Shown here: positions 56,438 to 56,562 of the stretch, piece after piece
Numbering within the stretch: position 1 is the first letter of the stretch
Layout: every line of letters starts with the position of its first letter
DNA from: Prorocentrum cordatum
Lineage: Eukaryota
NCBI GenBank assembly: GCA_963575745.1
Contig: CAUYUJ010000086.1
Span: 62,001 to 118,562 of the forward strand
Direction: 5' to 3'
Length of the DNA stretch: 56,562 nt
Program-made: the position numbers and the translations under genes
Notes under the pieces: generated by a model
Database searches by the model: none
What the model saw: only the letters and a program-made list of their open reading frames with translations
What the model was told of the DNA's origin: nothing

Positions 56438-56562
56438 ATCTGCCGCGTCCCTGTCCGAGCTTCCGCAATAGCCTTGGCTTTAGCTCAGCAGCAGGAGGAG
56501 GAGGAGGAGGAGGAGGAGGAGGAGGAGGAGGAAGAAGAGGAAGAGGAGGAGGAGGAGGAGAG
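54437..56562 (-). repeat. Right arm of the long inverted repeat (runs off the window)
   Basis: Reverse complement of the left arm with scattered substitutions and a diverged CT-rich segment. Confidence 0.92.

Overview
GC-rich, microsatellite-laden eukaryotic DNA, almost certainly from a dinoflagellate: two relict dinoflagellate spliced-leader (DinoSL) sequences sit upstream of intronless genes. Bases 1-14,100 are mostly simple and dispersed repeats, with a 100-N gap. An intronless 1,639-aa secreted PT-repeat/GDPH protein follows (probable retrogene). Most of the rest is two large mobile elements on the minus strand. (1) A ~10.4-kb element (21,938-32,363) is bounded by imperfect ~75-bp terminal inverted repeats. 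It carries one long reading frame (one intron, three in-frame stops) fusing a D5-type SF3 helicase, a TVpol/PolA-like polymerase, an OTU-like protease, a C2H2 finger and a Mutator-like DDE transposase. It also carries a cargo gene resembling phage thymidine-hypermodification (aGPT-Pplase/AADT) proteins. This is a candidate self-synthesizing DNA transposon. (2) A giant Helitron-like Rep-HUH/Pif1 polyprotein (~5,570 aa once three 1-nt deletions are restored; 34,742-51,460) has a C-terminal USP deubiquitinase and repeated LxGG linker motifs. It lies downstream of a >2-kb-per-arm inverted repeat that has a hairpin at its centre and runs off the end of the window. All domain calls come from motifs recognised by eye; no database search was run.
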